Assembly: GCA_934230325.1 (NCBI GenBank)
Contig: CAKQEP010000002.1
Location: 76,682-140,681 of the forward strand
DNA length: 64,000 bases
Origin: an uncultured Clostridia bacterium
GTDB lineage: Bacteria > Bacillota > Clostridia > Christensenellales > CAG-314
Direction: 5' to 3'
Numbering within the stretch: position 1 is the first letter of the stretch; the number at the start of each line of letters is the position of its first letter. This document shows positions 46,789 to 54,716 of the stretch, one piece after another. The notes beneath the pieces were generated by a model that ran no database searches, had not been told where the DNA came from, and saw nothing but the letters and a program-made list of their open reading frames with translations. The position numbers were made by a program, and so were the translations under genes.

Positions 46789-46816
46789 ATTATACTACTA
46801 TTTTTAATTTTGTCAA
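46789..46816 (-). promoter_or_regulatory. promoter TTGACA-16-TATAAT upstream of the RHH gene and clpB
   Basis: On the reverse strand, -35 is at 46816-46811 and -10 at 46794-46789. Confidence 0.55.
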
Positions 46817-46962
46817 GCGAATTATATAATTTTGTTTGCAAATTATTAAATTTTATTTGATTTTATTTAATCGAAACAAACAAATTATTTTTTAAGAACA
46901 AAAATAGCAACCCTACACTTTGCAACTTGTTGTATGCTTTTAATTTTTTGTGTTTTTTACGG

Positions 46963-46991
46963 TTGCTAAAAGCGGGCAAAACGGTTATAAT
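46963..46991 (+). promoter_or_regulatory. promoter TTGCTA-17-TATAAT, 6 nt from ATG 46998 (leaderless layout)
   Basis: The hexamers are at 46963-46968 and 46986-46991. There is no SD between the -10 and the ATG. Confidence 0.6.
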
Positions 46992-46997
46992 CTCGGT

Positions 46998-47711
46998 ATG
47001 AGCATTCAGAATTACAACATAACGGTTTTCGGTGATTCGGTGAGCAAAGGCGTCACGACGGACGATGGTCTTGCTACCGTCAAAACCAACGCAATCAACT
47101 GCGTGGAACAACATTTTGGCGTTACCATAACCAACAAAAGCGTTTTTGGTATGACTTTAAAAAAGTTTGTGGACAAACAAACCTTTAAAAAATTTGTGGA
47201 CGGCGCGGATAAATCCGCAAACAATCTCGTCGCTCTCGCTATCGGCGGAAACGACGCAGACTTTGACTGGAGAGCCGTCAACGAAAATCCGACGGGGTTT
47301 CACCTGCAAAATACGCCGCTAAAACAGTTTGGCGAACTTTTGACCGATACGGTAAATCTTTTTAAGCAAAACGGCGTGAGAGTGGTGCTGACTACCTTGC
47401 CGCCGATAAATCCTTACCGCTATATCGACAACAGAATCGTGGGGCTTGCGACAAAGGAAAACGTTATGACCTTTTTGAAGGGCGACGTGCTTAATATGTA
47501 CCGCGACCACGAAATGTATTCCGACGAAATTATGCGCGTTGCGCTCGTTACCGATACGCCGCTCATCGATTTGCGGAGAGAACTTCTGCCGATAAAGGAT
47601 TACAACGATTATTTGTGCCACGACGGCATACACCCCAACCAAAAAGGTCAACTTGCAATAGGCAAAGTAATAATCGATATTATCCAACAAAACAAAATTT
47701 TGAATTACTAA
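46998..47711 (+). CDS. SGNH/GDSL-family hydrolase
   Basis: ITVFGDSVSKG (block I GDS), AIGGNDA (block III) and CHDGIHPN (block V DxxH). Confidence 0.8.
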   Translation: MSIQNYNITVFGDSVSKGVTTDDGLATVKTNAINCVEQHFGVTITNKSVFGMTLKKFVDKQTFKKFVDGADKSANNLVALAIGGNDADFDWRAVNENPTGFHLQNTPLKQFGELLTDTVNLFKQNGVRVVLTTLPPINPYRYIDNRIVGLATKENVMTFLKGDVLNMYRDHEMYSDEIMRVALVTDTPLIDLRRELLPIKDYNDYLCHDGIHPNQKGQLAIGKVIIDIIQQNKILNY

Positions 47712-47762
47712 CGCAACAAGACAATAAAGCCCACTTAAAAACGCGTAGACCTTTAAAAAAAC

Positions 47763-47791
47763 TTGAAAAAACCAAAAATCGGTGCTATAAT
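47763..47791 (+). promoter_or_regulatory. promoter TTGAAA-17-TATAAT (preceded by TGC), 6 nt from ATG 47798 (leaderless layout)
   Basis: The hexamers are at 47763-47768 and 47786-47791. Confidence 0.6.
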
Positions 47792-47797
47792 GCGAAT

Positions 47798-48532
47798 ATG
47801 GAAAAAATAAGCCAAAAAAAAGCACAAGAATACATATCCCGTATCGGCGTGACGGGAATAAATCTCGACGGGTATTTGTACGCAAATCCTAATACGTCAG
47901 AGTGTTTTAGCGACAAAAACACGTCGGGTTTGCTTATCCGCGACGGCAATCACTGTCAACTTCACTCGCAAAACAAGGAGTTTTTGAAAGAGGCGTACGA
48001 CTTTGTTTCCTTCGGAACAATGCTCGGTTGCGTAGAACACGGCGCGGCAAAATTTTTGAGAGATTGTTGCGGGGCGCAGTACGACGAGTATTGCCACATT
48101 TTGTCCTATACAAAACCCACCGCTCCTTCCTTTGAAAAACCGCAAAACCTTACCCTTAAAGCCATCGACCTGAAAGACCTCGATATTATCGACGGATACT
48201 ACACTTATCGCGGTCCAGAAAGCAAGGCAAGGCTTTTTAAAGAAATCACTTCTCGTCCGAGTAGCGCGTTGTACGACGGTGACAAAATAATAGCGTGGAA
48301 TCTGTTGCACTCCGATATGTCTATGGGAGTAATGTTTGTGCCGCCGGAACATAGGGGCAAAGGGTACGCTTACGTCGTTGCCGCCGACCTTATCTCAAAG
48401 GTGCTCGCTATGGGCAAAACGCCTTACATTCAGGTAGTAAACGGCAACACTGCAAGTCTTTCGCTTGCGGCAAAGTTGGGGTTTGAAAAGATTTTTGAGG
48501 CGTGTTGGCTTCATAAAGAACAAACGGTATAA
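47798..48532 (+). CDS. GNAT-family N-acetyltransferase
   Basis: The C-terminal half has MGVMFVPPEHRGKGYAYVVAADLISKVL (RxxGxG/A acetyl-CoA motif). The long N-terminal extension in the track overlaps the promoter and the previous gene. Confidence 0.75.
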   Translation: MEKISQKKAQEYISRIGVTGINLDGYLYANPNTSECFSDKNTSGLLIRDGNHCQLHSQNKEFLKEAYDFVSFGTMLGCVEHGAAKFLRDCCGAQYDEYCHILSYTKPTAPSFEKPQNLTLKAIDLKDLDIIDGYYTYRGPESKARLFKEITSRPSSALYDGDKIIAWNLLHSDMSMGVMFVPPEHRGKGYAYVVAADLISKVLAMGKTPYIQVVNGNTASLSLAAKLGFEKIFEACWLHKEQTV

Positions 48533-48566
48533 CAAAATCGCGACAAAAACAATTTTATTAGTCACA

Positions 48567-48595
48567 AACTCCGCTTGATATTGCGGAGTTTTTTG
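48567..48595 (+). terminator. intrinsic terminator
   Basis: AACTCCGC-N8-GCGGAGTT followed by T-run. Confidence 0.65.
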
Positions 48596-48600
48596 TATGC

Positions 48601-48637
48601 AAAAAAACAGACGAGCCTTTAAATTCGTCTGTTTTTT
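48601..48637. terminator. bidirectional terminator after the CoA-transferase gene
   Basis: A7-CAGACGA-N10-TCGTCTG-T6. Confidence 0.7.
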
Positions 48638-48668
48638 ATCGTTTTGCGATTTAGTTTTTTAATATCGG

Positions 48669-49994
48669 TTATCTTATAAGTCCGAGTTTTTTGGCTTCTA
48701 CCGTGAGCCATTCGCGATATTTGGGGTGTGCGATGGATATGATTGCGTGCGCTCTCTCCTCTATCGTCAATCCTCTAAGGTTTACGACGCCGTACTCGGT
48801 GACGAGATACATCATATCGTTGCGGCAAAGGGAAACTGCCGCGCCCGCTTTGAGTTGCGGAACGATTTTAGAAATTTCGTGTCTTTCGCCCGTTGCGGGG
48901 TCCTTGACGTTTGCGGTGGAGTACAACGCAAGAAAACTCTTGCCGCCCTTGCTCATTTGCGCGCCCATCGTGGTGTCGGTTTGTCCGCCCGTACCGCTAA
49001 ACTGTCTGCTTCCGATAGATTCGCTGCACGCTTGTCCCGTCAAATCGACTTCTAAAGTAGTGTTTATGCTGACTTGGTTGTCGTTTTGACCTATCGTGTA
49101 CGGATCGTTGCATTTTTCGCAACTCATAACGTATACGTCGGGGTTGTTGTTGACAAAATCATAAGTTTTGTTAGTGCCGAGCACGATGCTGGTAACGATT
49201 TTTCCTTTCAAAAACTGTTTTTTGCTACCGTTAACGATGCCTCTTTGCGCCAAATCCACTATGCCGTCGCCCAACAATTCCGTGTGAATACCCAAATCTT
49301 TTTTGCCTGCCAAAAATCCCGTTACGCTGTTGGGTATGCCGCCGATGCCTATTTGCAAGCAATCGCCGTCGTTGATGTATTGCGCTATGTATCCGCCTAT
49401 GATACTGTCTTTTTCCGTCACGGGAACGGGCGGATCTTGCGGCAAATCAAACTCGACGGGAACGAGATAGTCTACGTCGTCTACGCTGATAAGGTTGTCG
49501 CCGTATGCAAAAGGCATATTTTTGTTGATTTCCATAACGACGGTTTTGCCTGCCGCTTTCGCTTCTCTCAAAACCGAAGTCGTGTAAATGTTTGACATAC
49601 TCACCGACATCATTCCGTCTGCGTTGGGCAAGGAACAACTGCTGATAAATATATCGGGAACGCCTTGCGCGCACATAGTGCGGCAAGTATGCCTCAAGTG
49701 GGTAGGCGCAAAACTCACGTCGATAAGTTTTGACGCTTCTCTCGTCGGCTTGGACATAAACAAGCATTTTATTTTAAAACTGTCCGCATATTTTGCGTCT
49801 TCCATAAAGGGGTAACTGCGCATTTGCAAACAAGTCCAAATTTCTACGTTTTTTACTCTGTCGGCAATGGTGTGAAGTTGACTCATAAAGCCTTGCGGTT
49901 CGACAGAAGCGTCACCGACGCCGATTTTGTCGTTGCTTTTTACCAAAGCAAGAATATCCTGTACGGACGCGATTTTGTTTTGATAATCTTTCAT
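48669..49994 (-). CDS. acetyl-CoA hydrolase/transferase-family acyl-CoA:acetate CoA-transferase (4-hydroxybutyrate/butyryl-CoA transferase-like)
   Basis: 441 aa with ...ESIGSRQFSGTGGQTDT... (the SG-GGQxD motif) and the family-typical N-terminus QDILALVKSNDKIGVG. Confidence 0.85.
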   Translation of the reverse strand: MKDYQNKIASVQDILALVKSNDKIGVGDASVEPQGFMSQLHTIADRVKNVEIWTCLQMRSYPFMEDAKYADSFKIKCLFMSKPTREASKLIDVSFAPTHLRHTCRTMCAQGVPDIFISSCSLPNADGMMSVSMSNIYTTSVLREAKAAGKTVVMEINKNMPFAYGDNLISVDDVDYLVPVEFDLPQDPPVPVTEKDSIIGGYIAQYINDGDCLQIGIGGIPNSVTGFLAGKKDLGIHTELLGDGIVDLAQRGIVNGSKKQFLKGKIVTSIVLGTNKTYDFVNNNPDVYVMSCEKCNDPYTIGQNDNQVSINTTLEVDLTGQACSESIGSRQFSGTGGQTDTTMGAQMSKGGKSFLALYSTANVKDPATGERHEISKIVPQLKAGAAVSLCRNDMMYLVTEYGVVNLRGLTIEERAHAIISIAHPKYREWLTVEAKKLGLIR

Positions 49995-50071
49995 ATTGAT
50001 TTTTCCTTAAAAAAACGTTTTGTCGGCTTTGGCGAGCGTCAGAGCCGACAATAGCGATTTTTGTGTTTTAA

Positions 50072-50599
50072 TTAAAGCGCATAGCCCGCTTCAAAGCATT
50101 TTAATGCCGTTTCCAACACGGCGGGTTTCTTTTCGAAACTGTGTTTTAATACCGCAATAGCCGTTTCGTACGGGGTGATGCCGGTGTGCTTTACGTACGC
50201 GCCAAACATAACGATGTTTGCGTTACGCGCGCTGCCGCACTCTACTGCTATGTCGTTTGCGGGAACGTAAACGGCGTTGATGTCCGTTCTTGCCGCTTTT
50301 GCGTCGATAAGACTGCTGTTGATAAAGAGATAACCGCCTTTTTTGACCGCCGACTCAAACTTTGCAAGGCTGGGTTTGTTCATAACGATAACGACGTCCG
50401 CCGACGTGACGATGGGGCTACCGATTTGTCTGTCGCTGACAACGACGGAACAACTTGCAGTGCCGCCGCGCATTTCAGGACCGTAAGAAGGCATCCACGT
50501 GACTTCCTTATCGTCGTGCATACCGCCGTAAACGACGTATTTGCCGATGGTCAAAACGCCTTGTCCGCCAAAACCGGACATAACAATTCTTTTTTCCAT
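50072..50599 (-). CDS. 2-oxoacid:ferredoxin oxidoreductase subunit gamma
   Basis: IVMSGFGGQGVLTIGK..., the POR gamma domain. Confidence 0.9.
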   Translation of the reverse strand: MEKRIVMSGFGGQGVLTIGKYVVYGGMHDDKEVTWMPSYGPEMRGGTASCSVVVSDRQIGSPIVTSADVVIVMNKPSLAKFESAVKKGGYLFINSSLIDAKAARTDINAVYVPANDIAVECGSARNANIVMFGAYVKHTGITPYETAIAVLKHSFEKKPAVLETALKCFEAGYAL

Positions 50600-51363
50600 T
50601 ATTTTGCCTCCTCAATATCTTTAAACACGCCGAGAGGATATTTTTTGGTCATTTCCGTCTTGACAAAGTTGAGAGCGTCGACGGGAGTCATGTGCCAGTT
50701 TGTCGGGCAACCGGAAAGCAACTCGACAAAGGTGAACCCTTTTTTAGCCATTTGATATTCAAACGCCTTTTTGATTGCTTTTTTGGCTTTCATGACGCTT
50801 GCGGGATCGGTAAGCATAACGCGCTCGATATAAGCGGGACCGTCGAGAGTGGCAAGAAGTTCACTGACGTGAATGGGGTTGCCGTTTATGACTTCGCCCG
50901 CTTCGCTACGGGGTTGTCTGCCGTAAATGCAGGTGGTGGCTTTTTGTCCTTCCAAAGTGGTGGGGGCCATCTGACCGCCCGTCATACCGTAAATTGCGTT
51001 GTTGATGAAGATAACGGTAATGTTTTCTCCCCTTGCTGCGGCGTGAACGATTTCTCCCATGCCGATAGAAGCAAGGTCGCCGTCGCCTTGATAAGAAAAT
51101 ACCGCCGTATTTTTGCGAACGCGCTTGATTGCGCTTGCAACTGCGGGGGCGCGACCGTGAGCCGCTTCCTGCATGTCGCAGTTGAAGTAGTTGTAAGCAA
51201 AGACGGCGCAACCGACGGGCGCAACGCCTACGATATTGTCAACCAAACCGAGTTCTTCCGCCGTTTCTGCAATAAGTTTGTGTACTATGCCATGAGTGCA
51301 ACCAGGACAATAATGCAACGGGTGATCCGTCAACATTGCGGATTTTTTGTATACTACAGCCAT
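50599..51363 (-). CDS. 2-oxoacid:ferredoxin oxidoreductase subunit beta (TPP-binding)
   Basis: HPLHYCPGCTHG...SYQGDGDLASIGMGE...NNAIYGMTGGQ. Confidence 0.92.
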   Translation of the reverse strand: MAVVYKKSAMLTDHPLHYCPGCTHGIVHKLIAETAEELGLVDNIVGVAPVGCAVFAYNYFNCDMQEAAHGRAPAVASAIKRVRKNTAVFSYQGDGDLASIGMGEIVHAAARGENITVIFINNAIYGMTGGQMAPTTLEGQKATTCIYGRQPRSEAGEVINGNPIHVSELLATLDGPAYIERVMLTDPASVMKAKKAIKKAFEYQMAKKGFTFVELLSGCPTNWHMTPVDALNFVKTEMTKKYPLGVFKDIEEAK

Positions 51364-51364
51364 A

Positions 51365-52429
51365 TTACTTTAAAACCTCCTTAACTTTTTGGCAGATTTC
51401 TTCCGGAGAAAGCACAAATCCGCCGAGTTTACCCAAAAACTCTACCGGTTTTTTATCCATAACGGCAAGACGTACGTCCTCTATCATTTGTCCTGCGTTG
51501 AGTTCTACGTCGATAAACGCTTTTACTTCCTTTTTGGCGGCGTACTTTTTGTACACGTCGTAAGGGAAGGGATAAACGGTGATAGGTCTTATCATACCGA
51601 CTTTGACGCCTTCTGCTCTGAGGTCGTCAACGACGGTGCGGATAATTCTGCCCATAGAACCAAAGCCCGTCACGATAATCTCTGCGTCGTCGCAAAGATA
51701 CTCTTCGCATTGAGTTTCGTTCTCTTGAAGTTGTTTGTATTTAGCCTGCAATTCGAGGTTGCGGGGTTCGCAAATTTCCGGCTCGATGTAAAGGCTGTTG
51801 ACGATACGTCTGTCTTTGCCGTGATGAGAACCGGTAGTTGCGTAAGGTTTTGTTTCGGGGTCGGGCATTTCCTTCATAGGTTTAAAGGAAACGGGCTCCA
51901 TTATCTGTCCGAGAATACCGTCGCCGAGAATAAATACGGGAACACGATATTTTTCTGACTTGTCAAACGCGTCATAAAGAATATCGACGGCTTCCTGAAC
52001 GGTGCTTGGGGCAAAGGTCAACATGCGATAGTCGCCGTGTCCGCCGCCCTTTGTCGCTTGAAAATAGTCGCCTTGACTGGGTTGAATTCCGCCCAGTCCG
52101 GGACCGCTACGAGTCATATTGATGATTACGCAGGGAAGTTCTGCCATGCAAATATAACTGATGCCTTCCTGCTTTAAACTGACTCCGGGTGAACTGCTGC
52201 TGGTCATTGCGCGAGCGCCTGCGCCTGCCGCGCCGTATACCATGTTGATGGCTGCCAACTCGCTTTCTGCCTGAATAAAGTCGCCGCCTACTTCGCGCAG
52301 ACGCCAACTGAGATACTCGGGAATTTCGTTTTGCGGGGTGATGGGATAACCGAAGAAAAATCTGCAACCGCCGCGAATCGCGCCTTCTGCAAGGGCTTCG
52401 TTGCCCTTCATCAATACTTTGTCGCTCAT
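51365..52429 (-). CDS. 2-oxoacid:ferredoxin oxidoreductase subunit alpha
   Basis: MSDKVLMKGNEALAEGAIRGGCRFFFGYPITPQNE. ATG 52429 forms an ATGA overlap with the delta-subunit stop. The longer track ORF is an out-of-context extension. Confidence 0.92.
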   Translation of the reverse strand: MSDKVLMKGNEALAEGAIRGGCRFFFGYPITPQNEIPEYLSWRLREVGGDFIQAESELAAINMVYGAAGAGARAMTSSSSPGVSLKQEGISYICMAELPCVIINMTRSGPGLGGIQPSQGDYFQATKGGGHGDYRMLTFAPSTVQEAVDILYDAFDKSEKYRVPVFILGDGILGQIMEPVSFKPMKEMPDPETKPYATTGSHHGKDRRIVNSLYIEPEICEPRNLELQAKYKQLQENETQCEEYLCDDAEIIVTGFGSMGRIIRTVVDDLRAEGVKVGMIRPITVYPFPYDVYKKYAAKKEVKAFIDVELNAGQMIEDVRLAVMDKKPVEFLGKLGGFVLSPEEICQKVKEVLK

Positions 52430-52632
52430 TATCTGTACACCTCCACTGCGCTGTCGGGGCACATACGCGCGCAAGAAGCGCAACTGACGCAAGCGTCTTG
52501 GTCGTTGCATTCCGCTACGAAATACCCCTTGTTGTTGCTCTTTTTGCCTATCTGCATAAGGTGTTTGGGGCAAGCCAAAACACACAGACCGCAACCTTTG
52601 CAAACTTCAAAGTTTACTTTAACCTTTTCCAT
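52429..52632 (-). CDS. 2-oxoacid:ferredoxin oxidoreductase subunit delta (2x[4Fe-4S] ferredoxin)
   Basis: CKGCGLCVLACP and CVSCASCARMCP. Confidence 0.85.
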   Translation of the reverse strand: MEKVKVNFEVCKGCGLCVLACPKHLMQIGKKSNNKGYFVAECNDQDACVSCASCARMCPDSAVEVYR

Positions 52633-52660
52633 TATAGACAGTCTCCTTAAGATTGTTTTT

Positions 52661-53716
52661 TTACGCTTTAACTTTTGTTACCCAACCGAATTTGTCGGGA
52701 ACACGTCCTTGTTGAATACCCATGATTGACTCAAACAAATCTTTGCCGACAGGACCGGGTTTGTTGTCGCCGATAACGTAATCTTTGCCTTCATAACCCA
52801 AAACGCCTACGGGGCTGACGATTGCCGCAGTGCCTACGCCAAACATCTCGGTGAGTTCTCCCGTCGAGGCTTTTTGAACGATGTAATCTACGCTGAGTTG
52901 CTCTTCCTTGACGGTGTAGCCCTTTTCCCTAAGAACGGTGATTGCGCTGTCACGGCTGATTCCGCGAAGAATACTGCCCGACAATGCCGGCGTTACTACT
53001 TCGCCGTTGATGACAAACATAACGTTCATCGTGCCGACTTCTTCTACGTACTTGTGCGTAACGTCAAGCCACAAAACTTGGTCGTATCCGTGCTTTTTTG
53101 CAAGTTCCATAGCCAAGAAACTCGCGCCGTAGTTGCCTACGCACTTCGCTTCGCCCGTGCCGCCTACGCAAGCGCGTACAAGCGTGTCCTCGATTTTGAT
53201 TTTGACGAGTCCCGCGCCCGCTTTAAAATAACTCGCAACGGGACAGCATACAACGTAAAATTTGAACTGCTTGCAGGTGGTCACGCCGATTTTGGGTTCC
53301 GTCGCTATCATCGTAGGACGAAGATACAACGCCTTGCCGTCGCCTACGGGTATCCAGTCTTTTTCTAAGGCGACCAACTTTGCGATGCCTTCCTTAACGG
53401 CAGCAAGGTCAAACGTCGGCATTCCCATACGCCACGCAGACTTGTTCATTCTGTCAAGGTTGGACTCGATGCGGAACATGCTTATCTCGCCTTTGTCGTT
53501 TTTAAAGGCTTTTGCTCCTTCAAATACGCCTTGTCCGTAGTGCAGAATCATTGCCGCAGGACTGAGGGAAAAATCACCGTAAGGTTTGATGACCATCTCG
53601 CCCCATTCGCCGTTGTTCCAGTCCATTTCCAACATGTAGTCGGTCATGTACTTGCCAAAAGGCAGGTCGTTGAAATCGGGCTTTTGCTTTAAGTTTTTGC
53701 ATTTTATGATTTTCAT
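52661..53716 (-). CDS. ilvE: branched-chain-amino-acid aminotransferase
   Basis: Class IV aminotransferase with ...LHYGQGVFEGAKAF...YLRPT...GTGEAKCVGNY...EVGTMNVMF. I prefer ATG 53716 (SD GGAGGAAG) over the GTG at 53731. Confidence 0.93.
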   Translation of the reverse strand: MKIIKCKNLKQKPDFNDLPFGKYMTDYMLEMDWNNGEWGEMVIKPYGDFSLSPAAMILHYGQGVFEGAKAFKNDKGEISMFRIESNLDRMNKSAWRMGMPTFDLAAVKEGIAKLVALEKDWIPVGDGKALYLRPTMIATEPKIGVTTCKQFKFYVVCCPVASYFKAGAGLVKIKIEDTLVRACVGGTGEAKCVGNYGASFLAMELAKKHGYDQVLWLDVTHKYVEEVGTMNVMFVINGEVVTPALSGSILRGISRDSAITVLREKGYTVKEEQLSVDYIVQKASTGELTEMFGVGTAAIVSPVGVLGYEGKDYVIGDNKPGPVGKDLFESIMGIQQGRVPDKFGWVTKVKA

Positions 53717-53831
53717 GTTGACTTCCTCCACGAGAAGAATTTTATATTTTATTTTTATGCGCGTCGGCTAATTTGAAAAATTGCGGCGTACACCGCGATT
53801 TTTGACATACTACACCGATTACGACAATAAT

Positions 53832-53860
53832 ATTGTAGTTCATATAACAATTTAAGTCAA
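53832..53860 (-). promoter_or_regulatory. promoter TTGACT-17-TACAAT for the ilvE operon
   Basis: On the reverse strand, -35 is at 53860-53855 and -10 at 53837-53832. Confidence 0.5.
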
Positions 53861-54058
53861 GCACTATTTTGAATAAAAAAAATAAATTCACAAAATAAAT
53901 CGTGAAATTTATTCATTGTTTTCAAGAAAAATCGCTTACTAATAAATATAGATTTTTAAGCAAAAAAATACACGATTATCGGCAACTTTTGTGTATAATA
54001 TACAAACCGATTTCCCCCGATTTTATCCGCCCAAATAAACGAAAGATAAATTATTCAA

Positions 54059-54157
54059 ATTGCAAATTTTTTCTTCATAATGACAAGTAAAACACTTTCA
54101 ATCAGGTATAAAGATATTGCGTTGTACTTTGTAGTAAGTATGTATTTTTAAGCGGCT
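54059..54157 (+). repeat. intergenic repeat X, copy 1
   Basis: Shares a 38-nt core (ATTGCAAATTTTTTCYTCATAATGACAAGTAAARCAC) and a 27-nt core (GGTATAAAGATATTGCGTTGTACTTTG) with 54609-54708. Confidence 0.85.
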
Positions 54158-54257
54158 ATTTTTTTAAATTGTCATTGCGAAGCGTAAATTTTTGGCTTTT
54201 TTAAACCTAACCTTATAAATAAAAATTTACGCTGTGGCAATCCCGCGGAAGCGTACC

Positions 54258-54363
54258 TCGTCGCAGCACCGCCCAAAGGCTTGTCGGTATATATTCATAT
54301 ACCGCCTACGCCCTACAGCGGGCTGCTCCTCTCCAACAAAATGCTTGCATTTTGTTGGGTTTT
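54258..54363 (+). repeat. intergenic structured repeat Y, copy 1 (candidate small RNA 3' module)
   Basis: 106 nt with 5 differences from 54491-54596. It ends in a 12-bp perfect hairpin CCAACAAAATGC-TT-GCATTTTGTTGG followed by GTTTT. Confidence 0.85.
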
Positions 54364-54490
54364 AGTGGTTGCGAACATCTAAACTTTTTGGCGGCAATAT
54401 AAACGAGAGCCTATATAGTATTACCTTTGCGCATTAAGCAAGTTACGGTATTATTACTGTATCTTGCACGAGGTTCACTTCCGTGCGATT

Positions 54491-54596
54491 TCGTCGCAGC
54501 GCCTCCCAAAGGCTTGTCAGTATATATTCATATACCGCCTACGCCCTACAGCGGGCTGCTCCTCTCCAACAAAATGCAAGCATTTTGTTGGGTTTT
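54491..54596 (+). repeat. intergenic structured repeat Y, copy 2
   Basis: Same as copy 1, except the hairpin loop is AA instead of TT. Followed by GTTTTGGGG. Confidence 0.85.
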
Positions 54597-54608
54597 GGGG
54601 GTACTACC

Positions 54609-54708
54609 ATTGCAAATTTTTTCCTCATAATGACAAGTAAAGCACCTTTTCTCGGGTATAAAGATATTGCGTTGTACTTTGCGATTAGTAAGTACTTTAA
54701 AAACGGCT
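54609..54708 (+). repeat. intergenic repeat X, copy 2
   Basis: See copy 1. It abuts the coaE stop codon. Confidence 0.85.
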
Positions 54709-54716
54709 TTTGATTG

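Noticed and set aside
54427-54713. Plus-strand ORFs of 67 and 76 aa across the Y2/X2 repeats
   Set aside because: They use TTG-type starts without an SD, and they run through a strong terminator hairpin. The equivalent Y1/X1 copies do not preserve the reading frames, so a non-coding interpretation is preferred.
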